Positions 39,690-48,581 of a stretch of 64,000 nt of DNA are shown in pieces. Made by a program: the position numbers and the translations under genes. Position 1 is the first letter of the stretch. Every line of letters begins with the position of its first letter. The notes below the pieces were generated by a model that saw nothing but the letters and a program-made list of their open reading frames with translations, was not told the origin of the DNA and made no database searches. The stretch spans positions 32,603 to 96,602 of the forward strand of contig JAZGFI010000271.1 of the NCBI GenBank assembly GCA_036479435.1. The letters are read 5' to 3'. Origin of the DNA: Planctomycetota bacterium. Lineage in GTDB: Bacteria > Planctomycetota > GCA-002687715 > DRQF01.

Positions 39690-40460
39690 CTAACGCCGCC
39701 AATGACGGGCGAGGGTGACACCAGCCCAAATCATGACGAAAGGCGAGATAACGCACATCGTGTCGCGCCAACTAAACTCAAGGTGGCGTGCTACCGCACA
39801 GGCGATCGCGGCGGCGACGACGAGAGCGGCACCGTCGACCCAGGGCGGCAAGGCAGGTGCCCCGCCTTGATACCAACGTCCTTCGGATCGCGAGAGCAGT
39901 CCTTCCCCCCGACTCGCCGCAACTTTGATCGCAGCTCCTAGCGCCTCCAAGTCAGAAGCAAAGGCTTCCAATTCTTCCGTGATCTTTGCCTGCAAGACCT
40001 CGGGGAGGTCAACATCGATTTCAAGTTCGTTGAATCGGTCCATAAACTCCTCATCGAGAGCTTCCGATTCGTTGTTGTAATTGTGTTGGACGTCTTCCCA
40101 GCGGTCTCCGATGTCTTCGACTTCGAGCAACAAGTCCTGCACCGCCCGCGTCGTGGCCGGAGATAGGATTTCTTCTTCGAGGTCATCGAAACGAGCGAAA
40201 GTCTGTTCCGCTCGTTTGAGTTGCAGCTTTGATTCGTTCCGTTTCGTGCGAAGCAAGTCGGCGTGCGCTTGAAAAAGCTCACGTGAGAGTTGCTGTGACT
40301 CGCGCTCCTCGAACTCGGCTGCATACTCCTCGGTGCGGCTGGTCACCGCCTCCGATTCGTCCGGCCTCAAAGCTCCCTGCCGTTGGCCACACATCGGGCA
40401 AAACTGTGCTGCCGCCGAGATCGCTTCGCCACACGCTCCGCAGTCACGCGATTCAGACAT
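39690..40460 (-). CDS. Zinc-ribbon / coiled-coil membrane protein
   Basis: CGACG...FCPMCG, an acidic coiled coil and two C-terminal TM helices. Confidence 0.7.
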   Translation of the reverse strand: MSESRDCGACGEAISAAAQFCPMCGQRQGALRPDESEAVTSRTEEYAAEFEERESQQLSRELFQAHADLLRTKRNESKLQLKRAEQTFARFDDLEEEILSPATTRAVQDLLLEVEDIGDRWEDVQHNYNNESEALDEEFMDRFNELEIDVDLPEVLQAKITEELEAFASDLEALGAAIKVAASRGEGLLSRSEGRWYQGGAPALPPWVDGAALVVAAAIACAVARHLEFSWRDTMCVISPFVMIWAGVTLARHWRR

Positions 40461-40497
40461 TTCTATTTAATCCCCAGACCGATCCGCGATACAAAAG

Positions 40498-40905
40498 TCA
40501 GACCCAATATGAGCCGTCAACGCCAAACTCTTTCTTCCAAATCGGGACGGTTTTTTTGAGCTCGTCGATAATCATCAGTCCGCACTCAAAAGACTCGCGA
40601 CGATGTGGCGACGCTACAACAAGGCCGAGGCTGGCCTCGCCCACAGCCAAACGACCGATTCGGTGCAAGACAAATGCATGTGCAACACCGCAAGCGGCAA
40701 CTGACTTTTCGACAACCTTGAGGAGTTCTTTTTGTGCCATTTCACGGTAGCAACTGTAGTCGATACTCTCGACGGACTTGCCGTCAGCGTGATCTCGCAC
40801 GACGCCAAGAAAACTCAAGACCGCGCCGCATTCCGAAGTCGTGGCCTTGGCGACCAGGTCCTCAAGCTTGATCTTTTCCTCAATGACATGAACGGCGATG
40901 GTCAT
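40498..40905 (-). CDS. moaE: Molybdopterin synthase catalytic subunit
   Basis: GAVLSFLGVVRDH, HRIG.L.VGE, SPHR, DELK..VPIWKKE; RBS GGAGG. Confidence 0.95.
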   Translation of the reverse strand: MTIAVHVIEEKIKLEDLVAKATTSECGAVLSFLGVVRDHADGKSVESIDYSCYREMAQKELLKVVEKSVAACGVAHAFVLHRIGRLAVGEASLGLVVASPHRRESFECGLMIIDELKKTVPIWKKEFGVDGSYWV

Positions 40906-40909
40906 TGAC

Positions 40910-41155
40910 TTAACCTCCACTTACCGGGGGAAGGAAAGCGACCTCAACGCCGTCCTTGAGAACAGAGTCATCCCTGCTGTATTCCGTGTCGATGGCGACC
41001 ATCGCGCTGCCCAAAGCCGAAGCGGCCTGGGGGAATTCTTCGCACAATTGCCTGCGAAGACCTCCCACCGTCATACCTACTGCCAACTCGATCTGCGCCG
41101 GATCAGCCGGTACGGACTCCGAAAGCGAGCCAAAAAAAACAACTTTGACCTGCAA
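40910..41155 (-). CDS. moaD: Molybdopterin synthase sulfur carrier subunit
   Basis: V.FFG.L...EVAFLPPVSGG C-terminus. Confidence 0.93.
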   Translation of the reverse strand: MQVKVVFFGSLSESVPADPAQIELAVGMTVGGLRRQLCEEFPQAASALGSAMVAIDTEYSRDDSVLKDGVEVAFLPPVSGG

Positions 41156-41287
41156 AGCAAACTCCCCTCAAGGCTCGACGCCCAATCCGCGAAAGCCGAC
41201 TCGGTCCCAAAAGTCGTGGGCGCTCAGAAGTATCCTGAAGCTCGGACCTCGAGTCTGGGCCTTATCGTACGGTCGAATCCGACCGGA

Positions 41288-43042
41288 TCAAAGCAAGCGA
41301 ATATTGACGATCGCGACATCGTCGAGCACGTAGGCCGAAGCGGCATGGTGGTCAGCAATGGCCGTCAACATGGCCTTGGTCATCGTGCCCACCGGCTCGT
41401 TCAGGTATTCCGTGACAATTTCGTTGACTCGCTCGACTCCGAGCTCTACGGCCTCAGCACTCCGCGCTTCGACGAGTCCATCGGTATAAAAGGTGACGAT
41501 TCCGCCAGTTTCTAACGGGACTTCGCGAGTTTCATACTCGAATCCTTCGACAACGCCCAGCGGCGGACCATCCGCGTCGAGTTCTGTCACTTGGCCGGTA
41601 TCGGGAGAGCGCAGCAAGATGGGATTGTGTCCGGCACTGCTCCACTCAATCGTTTGCCGCTTGCGATCGAATACGACGATGGCTGCGGTCGCAAAGATGA
41701 CACGCTCTTCGGCGACGCCGAGGAGCTGATTCGTGCGAGTGAGGGCTTCGCCGGCGACAAGTTCACTGCCGACGACCGCCCGCAAGAAGCTGATCGTTCG
41801 CGACATGTAGAGAGCCGCCGGAACACTCTTTCCGGAGACGTCGCCAATGATGACGCACAGGCGCCCGTCAGCAAGGTCGATGACGTCGTAGAAGTCGCCC
41901 CCAACGTTCAACGAGGGTAGGTAGGCCCAGTCGATCTCGAAGCCTTCCACGTGAAATGCCTCATTGGGCAAGATCCCCTGTTGGATTTCAGCTGCGATCT
42001 CAAGGTCTCGCTTTAGGCGGTCCCGTTCTCGCAACTGCTCCGTCATGCGCGAGTTCTCAAGTGACACGCCAGCAATGCTGGCGAACGCAGTGAGGAAATC
42101 GAGGTCTGACTTGGAGTAGAGGCGAGCACGCCCCGGAAAATCGGCGTAGATCGCGCCGAGGCAGCGGTCATTGACGACGATCGGCGTGCACACCGCAGCA
42201 CGGATGTTGCTCGCCACAACACTCATGTTGCTTTTCAGCTTATGATCCAAAGACGCGTCTTCGATGATCCGCCCCTCTCGAGAGGCTACGACCTGTTTCA
42301 GCACTCCTTGGCTCGCGACGGCACCGAGGTCTTCGGAAGCGGGACGAGTCACGCGCGCAGAAAAATTTTCGCCGTCTGCCGTCAGGGCAATGACGGCGCG
42401 CCGCACCGGCAAGATCGCGAAGAGGTGATCCAGAATTCGATTGAGCAACGGCTCAAGTTCGGTGCTTTGGCCCAGGCTTTTTCCCAGTTCGACGAGCATC
42501 AAGAGCCGGTCGCGCTCGAGAGCCTTGTACTCTGGCTTCGCCGCGATTGAGCTATCCGTTGTAGCGACCGCTTCGGGAGGCTCTCGAAACAGAAAAGGAG
42601 TCCCTGGCTGCCGCAAAAAATCATCAGAGATGGAAATACTGCTGTCGCTGGTGTCGCCGCTCGAAGATGAGGGATTGGATTCGCCAAGGGCTTCCAAGAG
42701 ACCGGAGATGGGAATCATCCCCGTGTGAGTCGCCGTGTTGATGATCTGCAAGCGCGCCGTCCCCAGACTCACCTGATCGCCATCGCCGACGATAAGCCGC
42801 GTGTGGGATTCACCTTCGTAGTAGATCCCATTTGCGGACCCGAGATCGATCATCTCGAGGCCGTCACCCCGGACTCGAATCTTGCAGTGACGGCGCGAAA
42901 CGGAGCGGTCCAAGACGACAATGTCGTTTCCGGCCTCGCGACCGATGACGCATTCCTCGCCTTTCCGGATTTCGTAGGTGCCCGATTCGCGGCCGTCGAC
43001 AAAGACGTGGATCTTAAAGGACATGGTGCTGGCAACTCTCAC
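41288..43042 (-). CDS. FHA-GAF-SpoIIE (PP2C-type) phosphatase
   Basis: IGRE...VSRRH...DLGSANG (FHA); a GAF domain; VGGDFYD, GDVSGKSVPAA, SAGH, YTDGL.E, DD. Confidence 0.9.
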   Translation of the reverse strand: MRVASTMSFKIHVFVDGRESGTYEIRKGEECVIGREAGNDIVVLDRSVSRRHCKIRVRGDGLEMIDLGSANGIYYEGESHTRLIVGDGDQVSLGTARLQIINTATHTGMIPISGLLEALGESNPSSSSGDTSDSSISISDDFLRQPGTPFLFREPPEAVATTDSSIAAKPEYKALERDRLLMLVELGKSLGQSTELEPLLNRILDHLFAILPVRRAVIALTADGENFSARVTRPASEDLGAVASQGVLKQVVASREGRIIEDASLDHKLKSNMSVVASNIRAAVCTPIVVNDRCLGAIYADFPGRARLYSKSDLDFLTAFASIAGVSLENSRMTEQLRERDRLKRDLEIAAEIQQGILPNEAFHVEGFEIDWAYLPSLNVGGDFYDVIDLADGRLCVIIGDVSGKSVPAALYMSRTISFLRAVVGSELVAGEALTRTNQLLGVAEERVIFATAAIVVFDRKRQTIEWSSAGHNPILLRSPDTGQVTELDADGPPLGVVEGFEYETREVPLETGGIVTFYTDGLVEARSAEAVELGVERVNEIVTEYLNEPVGTMTKAMLTAIADHHAASAYVLDDVAIVNIRLL

Positions 43043-43171
43043 GGCGGTCTACGCGCACTAGATACGACCAGAGCCGCGAAATCAAGGCGCGGCTTCGTAT
43101 TGGCTTCGCTTTCATGAAGTTTCCGGGCTTGTTACCGATACTTTCCCCATCAGCAACGCCAAGGAGCTGCC

Positions 43172-44272
43172 ATGTTCGGCAAGAAAAAGGACGAGCGGTC
43201 AGAGTACGAGCAACAGGCTCATGACGCCCTCAAAAAGATCAAGGTTCCAGGATCCCAGAAGGACCCGGTCACGCTGGGCTTCATCAAGAAGCTCAAGGTC
43301 GATGCATCACGCATCGAGGTCGTCGTGGACCCGGGCACGCCTTCGGCGCCGCTACGCTCACGCTTGCTGCGCGATGTCACAGACGCCTTAAATGCGCTCG
43401 GATGGGGGCTGGAAGTTGCGGTTTCGATGCCAGACGCCCCGGCGTCGGCGAGCCCACCCAAGACGACGGGCAAGACGATAAAGTACATCGTTGCGGTCGC
43501 CTCTGGTAAGGGCGGTGTCGGCAAGTCCACGGTCGCCGTCAACTTGGCCTTTTCCCTTCAACAGAGCGGGGCCAGCGTCGGCATCCTCGATGCCGATATC
43601 TACGGTCCGAGCGTCCCCCACATGCTTGGCGTTGCCGCCCGCAAGCCCAAGACCATTGAGCAAGGAGGCAAGGCTCGGTTGGTCCCTGTCGAAAAAGACG
43701 GGGTGAAGATGATGTCGATGGGTTTCTTGGTGGAGCCTGATCGAGCCGTTATTTGGCGCGGTCCCATGATCCATGGCGCCCTCAAGCAGTTCTTCGAAGA
43801 AGTCGAATGGGGAAACCTCGATTACCTGATCGTCGATCTGCCTCCCGGGACGGGTGACGCCCAATTGACGATGGTTCAGCAGGTCCCGGTCGATGGTGCC
43901 GTTATCGTCACGACGCCCCAAGACGTCGCCATGATTGATGCTCGCAAAGCCTTCAACATGTTCCAGGACACCAATGTCCCGGTGTTGGGAATCGTCGAGA
44001 ACATGAGCGTTTTCAGTTGCCCCGAATGCGGGCACGACAGCCCCATTTTCGGCGAAGGCGGTGCTGAACGTTGGGCCAAGCAAAGCGGCTGCGAATTCCT
44101 GGGGCGCCTACCCATCGAATTAAAAATTAGGGAGCACGGCGACGACGGAACGCCGGCGGTCACGGCGGCAGACACACCACCCGCCGTCGTGAAGTCCTTT
44201 GCCTCGATTGCGGCGGCAGTCCGACAGAACTTGGAGTCGAAAGGAGAAGCGGCGGCGCCGCTCGAACTTTGA
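43172..44272 (+). CDS. mrp: Mrp/NBP35 (ApbC) Fe-S cluster carrier ATPase
   Basis: SGKGGVGKST, DADIYGPS, WRGPM, DLPPGTGD, ENMS..CP.C. Confidence 0.95.
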   Translation: MFGKKKDERSEYEQQAHDALKKIKVPGSQKDPVTLGFIKKLKVDASRIEVVVDPGTPSAPLRSRLLRDVTDALNALGWGLEVAVSMPDAPASASPPKTTGKTIKYIVAVASGKGGVGKSTVAVNLAFSLQQSGASVGILDADIYGPSVPHMLGVAARKPKTIEQGGKARLVPVEKDGVKMMSMGFLVEPDRAVIWRGPMIHGALKQFFEEVEWGNLDYLIVDLPPGTGDAQLTMVQQVPVDGAVIVTTPQDVAMIDARKAFNMFQDTNVPVLGIVENMSVFSCPECGHDSPIFGEGGAERWAKQSGCEFLGRLPIELKIREHGDDGTPAVTAADTPPAVVKSFASIAAAVRQNLESKGEAAAPLEL

Positions 44273-44316
44273 CGAGTTCTCGGCGCTGGCCATGTCTTGC
44301 TGCGAGATCTTGAGAA

Positions 44317-45573
44317 CTACACGAGGAACAAGAGCGCGACTACCAAGCCGAGAGCAATCGTAAACAACAGGGCGATCGCCAGATAACGCGGTGTCCGGAG
44401 TCCGACGATCACCCGCGTATGCCGGGCGCGCCTTAGCACTGCCGCCATTTCGGCCGCGGAGTGCGGACGCTGGTAGAGATCCCAAGACAAGCTAGAGGCC
44501 AAAAGTGTCCGGACTGTCGGATCGAGGGCTAGGGGTAGCTCTTGAAGCAATTGGCTCGGCTCCTCTCGAAGCCGCTCCAATACCTCACTGGGACTGTATT
44601 CCCAGTACGGAAGGTCAAGACTAAGCGATCCCGCCAATGCTAATCCCAATCCGTAGATGTCGGATTTCCAGGTCGTCGGTCCTCGCGAAGGGTCGGCGAC
44701 CTCGGGTGCGAGCCAGCGCCGATCTGAAGGCGGCGTGTCGATGGCACCGCCTCCCGTCGCTAAGGGCCCCGCTCCCACTCCGCGTACAAATGGCCTCGCC
44801 TCGCAGTCAATAGCGAAACACCGCGGAGAAAGGCTGCCGTGCACCACACCCAATTGATGAGCTCGATCCATCACGAGTGCCCATTCTTCGAACAACTTGT
44901 AGAGAGCGTCCAAGTGACCTCGATTCGAAGCGAGTCGATTGGCGAGGTCGCGTCTCGCCTGCCGCTCCAGACCATCCTTGCGCCCCTCATCGCCTCCGGG
45001 CTCGATGCTGACGGCAACGGCGCCGATGCCAACGGCTCCCTTTGCCGCAATCAACTTCTTTAGCAAACGACGTAGATCGCGGCCCTCACCGTGCTCGCGA
45101 ATGATAAATGGAGTCTTCTCAAGGCGATCGAAACTCAGGGGACCGGGGAGTCCCCTTGTCCGCCGCTTGCGCAGGAAGTTGACCGTCTCTTCGAGCCGTT
45201 GGGCGACGCCACTTTGAGGGCGACTACGAAGGACTACCAATTCTCGGGCTTCTTGCCCGGGGCCAGCAGAAAGGCGAAAAACCGGACCGAGTGACTCGTC
45301 GTCAAGCTGGCCTTCGATGGGAAATTCTTGAAGATCGATTGAGTCGAAATCGCCGCCGTGAGGTTGCCCCTGCGGCCCGACCGTGTTGCTCCCAAGCGCG
45401 GTCTCAAGAAAGCTCCCGCAGGAAAAGTAGCCCGCCAGGTCCATTTTGAATTCGGGAAAGCGCTGCAGATACTCTTCGCGACGCAAGGCCTCGCCGCGAT
45501 TCAACTTGTCTTGAATCTCCGCGACCACCGCGGCGAGTTTCTCTTCCCGTTCTAGACCTTCAGTCAACTTCAT
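44317..45573 (-). CDS. Hanks-type Ser/Thr kinase-like pseudokinase with a C-terminal TM helix
   Basis: Keeps WLAPE, SDIYGLG and RP.SAAEM, but HRD is HGS, DFG is GVG and there is no VAIK lysine. N-terminal EEYLQRFPE motif. Confidence 0.7.
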   Translation of the reverse strand: MKLTEGLEREEKLAAVVAEIQDKLNRGEALRREEYLQRFPEFKMDLAGYFSCGSFLETALGSNTVGPQGQPHGGDFDSIDLQEFPIEGQLDDESLGPVFRLSAGPGQEARELVVLRSRPQSGVAQRLEETVNFLRKRRTRGLPGPLSFDRLEKTPFIIREHGEGRDLRRLLKKLIAAKGAVGIGAVAVSIEPGGDEGRKDGLERQARRDLANRLASNRGHLDALYKLFEEWALVMDRAHQLGVVHGSLSPRCFAIDCEARPFVRGVGAGPLATGGGAIDTPPSDRRWLAPEVADPSRGPTTWKSDIYGLGLALAGSLSLDLPYWEYSPSEVLERLREEPSQLLQELPLALDPTVRTLLASSLSWDLYQRPHSAAEMAAVLRRARHTRVIVGLRTPRYLAIALLFTIALGLVVALLFLV

Positions 45574-45576
45574 TTC

Positions 45577-46221
45577 TCAATTGAAGTAAGACATTTCGCG
45601 CAAGACCTGGTGAAGTTTTTGCTGAGCACGGTGAAACAAGACGTTGACCGCGTTCGGCTGAAGGCTCATACGTTCAGCGGTTTCGGCGGCGCTCAAGCGC
45701 AAGATTTGGCGGTAGGTAATGACCGTGCGAAAGTTCTCAGAGAGACGCTTCAGCGCTTTCTCCAACATCTGATAGCCCTCACGCTCCATGACGATCTGAC
45801 TTGGAGTGCTTTGGCTGGCTGGAACGCTATCCCCGAGTTCAAAATTGGCACCGCCCGCCGACGCTTCACTGCCTAACTGCTGCTGGAGAGACAAGGTCTC
45901 GTGGTGCTGGCGTTTCGCAGTCTTGAAAAAGTACTTATCGAAGTCCTTTATCTTCCAGCTGATGACTTTGCTCACCCAGCGGAAAAAAGACTCGGGATCA
46001 GAATACTCGAACTTGTGAAAATTTTTGAAGACCTCGATGTAGATCTCTTGGACGATGTCGTCGTCCTCAACCTGCGCCTTCAACTTGTCCAGCATTTGCA
46101 GGCGAACGAGCAATTTGATGCGCGGATAGTAGCGCATGAAGAGCTGATCAAAGGCCTCGCGATCGCCGCCGTGAATCCTCAGCACAAGTTGCTGGGTGGT
46201 GCCGTGCTTCTTTTTCGCCAT
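45577..46221 (-). CDS. ECF RNA polymerase sigma factor
   Basis: GDREAFDQLF..Y, DIVQE, FRWV, TPSQ, L.R...LSAAETAERM. Confidence 0.92.
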   Translation of the reverse strand: MAKKKHGTTQQLVLRIHGGDREAFDQLFMRYYPRIKLLVRLQMLDKLKAQVEDDDIVQEIYIEVFKNFHKFEYSDPESFFRWVSKVISWKIKDFDKYFFKTAKRQHHETLSLQQQLGSEASAGGANFELGDSVPASQSTPSQIVMEREGYQMLEKALKRLSENFRTVITYRQILRLSAAETAERMSLQPNAVNVLFHRAQQKLHQVLREMSYFN

Positions 46222-46598
46222 CGCGAAAACCCCCTACCTATCATCGGACCGTCTCTTGCCTGCTCACACTAATGGAGCGACCTAATGCGCGTGGCTAGAT
46301 GGGCGACAATGAGAACAAATAGTCCGTCGGTTACCGGTAGGCGTCACCGGTTGAAACAAAGTCCTTGCACAATTTCTGTGCACTTGGCTTTTTTCGATCT
46401 CGGATGCACCCCCAAAGGGGCGATCCTAAGTCCTCTTGGACCCGACCGTTTACCCAAGGATTCTAACTCAAGGGTGGGGTCAGGGAACAGTCTGGAAGCA
46501 AACAGTGGACGTAGCGCCCTGAAAATGGGAAGCTGATGAGCACGGAGGCCCTTGAGCCCCATAGGCTTATGAGATATCGCGACCCTCGAGACCCAGTC

Positions 46599-48446
46599 AT
46601 GAATCGTATCTTAATCACCCTCGTTCTTTTCGCTGCCGCCGTCTTGCCGCTGCAAGCGCAATTACAAATCGAAGACGCCATCCTCGCCACGACGACAGGC
46701 ATGACCCACATAAGGGCGCTCGCATCGACGCCCGTGGTTCCGAACGCCACCGACGCCAACCCGATTTTGACCTCAGGCTTCGCCACCGGGTCGATCTTGT
46801 CGATCCCCGGAACGAGCCTCGTTCTCTACGCCGAAGGCGGAGCTGCGGCCCAAGTCTTTTTGCTGGAGTTTGCCCCGGGTGCCGGCGGCGGAGTCGGTAC
46901 CGGGATTGCCGGACCTGCGAGCACGCTTTTGGGTGTCGCTGCGGGCTCCGTGATCAACATGGCATACGATTCCGAGAACGACGTCGCCTATCTCCTGACG
47001 ACACCTGGAGCCATCAACACCATCACCGGGCCTATCACCAGTACTTCGCAAGTCGACAGCCTACTGTTTGCCAGCGGTCAATCCGGCGGCGTCGGCATTG
47101 CCGTGGGCGCCAACAACCAGTTGCTAGTGGCCAGCGCGGCTGAGGCATGGCCCGTGAATGGCGGCGACGTTGCGCCCAACGCGACCTTCATCACTTTCGT
47201 TTCTTCTGGAATCGCCAACATCGAATACGACGCGGCGAACGACCGCTTCTACACTTCAGCCTTGAATCTCAGTTCCGTTCACGTTTACGACGGGTCCACC
47301 GGGACACTGTTCGCAACTCCGTTGTCATCGCCGAACCTCCTCATCTGTGACGCTTGTAGTTACAGCCCCGCATCGGACATGGTGTACGGGATTACCCGAT
47401 TCGCAACGACCATTCAAGGCGTCCCGCAATACGGCAACAACCCGATTTCGGCTGGTGCCTTTGACAACGTTTTGGTTTGCACCGACTTGGTCGGTGGCAA
47501 CGCCACGGCCATGGGCTGCAGCCCACAGTCCGGTCACGGCAATGCGGGCTTGAACACATCCTTAGCTATCGTGCAGCCGCTCAGAGGCTCGATTGACTTC
47601 GACCCGGCTTCCAACATCCTCAATTTCAACACCGCCACCAACACGGTGTCGGCGACTCTGACGGTCCTGCAGTTGCGTTTCGGGGGCTTGATTACAAGTT
47701 CCGCCGTCGATCCCTTGGTGGGCTCAACGGTTTTGATCTCGGGTGACTACACTGGAACCGACCTTGTCGACCTCACGGATATCGACCTGAGCAATGTCAA
47801 CGTTGAGTTCTTCCAGACCTCAACGCCCCCAGGAACGGCCGACAACACCTACGCGAGCGCAAGCCCGAGCAATGCTGGCGCTTCCACTGGATTCACGGGG
47901 CAGCGACAAGCTACGCCCTTTGCGACGCGAGTCTTTGACCTTGGAACCGCGACGATGGTTACCGGAGCTGGTGGAACCTCGGCCGTTCTGACCGCGATTT
48001 CTGATCTCGTTTCCACCGGCTCTCGCATTGGTTTCGATGTCAGTATTAGCTCAGGTGGCATCGGTTCGCTGACGCTCAACCCCGTCGCGAAAGCAGCGCC
48101 TTACGAGACACGCATTGCTTCAAGTGGCAACGGCGACCTCGAAATCGGCACGATTGGCGCGGTCCCGATGTCCTTTCTCTATCACATCGGCACCACGATG
48201 ATCTCGACGCCGACCAACAGCGGGCCCTTCTTCGGATTGACCGCGGACTCGAACCTGTTCACTCAGATTCAAAAGCCCTTCTTTACTGACCCCTTCGTCG
48301 TCGCTTCCGACGCCAACGGTCAGTACAACTTCTTTTTGTCCGCAGGATTCGTTGCTTCCGGCGTGTCCCTGGATTACGTCGGCATCAACTACGATTCGAT
48401 CAACGTCATCGTGAACATCTTGCCCGCAAGGAACACGATTTTCTAA
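46599..48446 (+). CDS. Large secreted hypothetical protein (T/G/S/A-rich, beta-rich)
   Basis: Signal peptide MNRILITLVLFAAAVLPLQA; long open ORF followed by a terminator. Confidence 0.75.
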   Translation: MNRILITLVLFAAAVLPLQAQLQIEDAILATTTGMTHIRALASTPVVPNATDANPILTSGFATGSILSIPGTSLVLYAEGGAAAQVFLLEFAPGAGGGVGTGIAGPASTLLGVAAGSVINMAYDSENDVAYLLTTPGAINTITGPITSTSQVDSLLFASGQSGGVGIAVGANNQLLVASAAEAWPVNGGDVAPNATFITFVSSGIANIEYDAANDRFYTSALNLSSVHVYDGSTGTLFATPLSSPNLLICDACSYSPASDMVYGITRFATTIQGVPQYGNNPISAGAFDNVLVCTDLVGGNATAMGCSPQSGHGNAGLNTSLAIVQPLRGSIDFDPASNILNFNTATNTVSATLTVLQLRFGGLITSSAVDPLVGSTVLISGDYTGTDLVDLTDIDLSNVNVEFFQTSTPPGTADNTYASASPSNAGASTGFTGQRQATPFATRVFDLGTATMVTGAGGTSAVLTAISDLVSTGSRIGFDVSISSGGIGSLTLNPVAKAAPYETRIASSGNGDLEIGTIGAVPMSFLYHIGTTMISTPTNSGPFFGLTADSNLFTQIQKPFFTDPFVVASDANGQYNFFLSAGFVASGVSLDYVGINYDSINVIVNILPARNTIF

Positions 48447-48485
48447 GGAGCGGTTTAACCCAAACCACCTTGACGATCGAAAACC

Positions 48486-48580
48486 AAAACAGGCCCGAGG
48501 GGAATTCCCCTTGGGCCTGTTTTCATGAATTCCAAAGGCCCGAGGGGAATCTCCCTTGGGCCTGTTTTCATGAATTCCAA
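48486..48580. terminator. Tandemly duplicated intrinsic terminator (2 x 45 bp)
   Basis: AGGCCCGAGGGGAATTCCCCTTGGGCCTGTTTTCATGAATTCCAA at 48491-48535, with a copy differing at 2 positions at 48536-48580. Confidence 0.88.
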
Positions 48581-48581
48581 G

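Noticed and set aside
48491..48580. 45-bp palindromic direct repeats as a CRISPR array
   Set aside because: There are only two copies, no spacer and no cas genes. The GC stem plus T tract fits a terminator.
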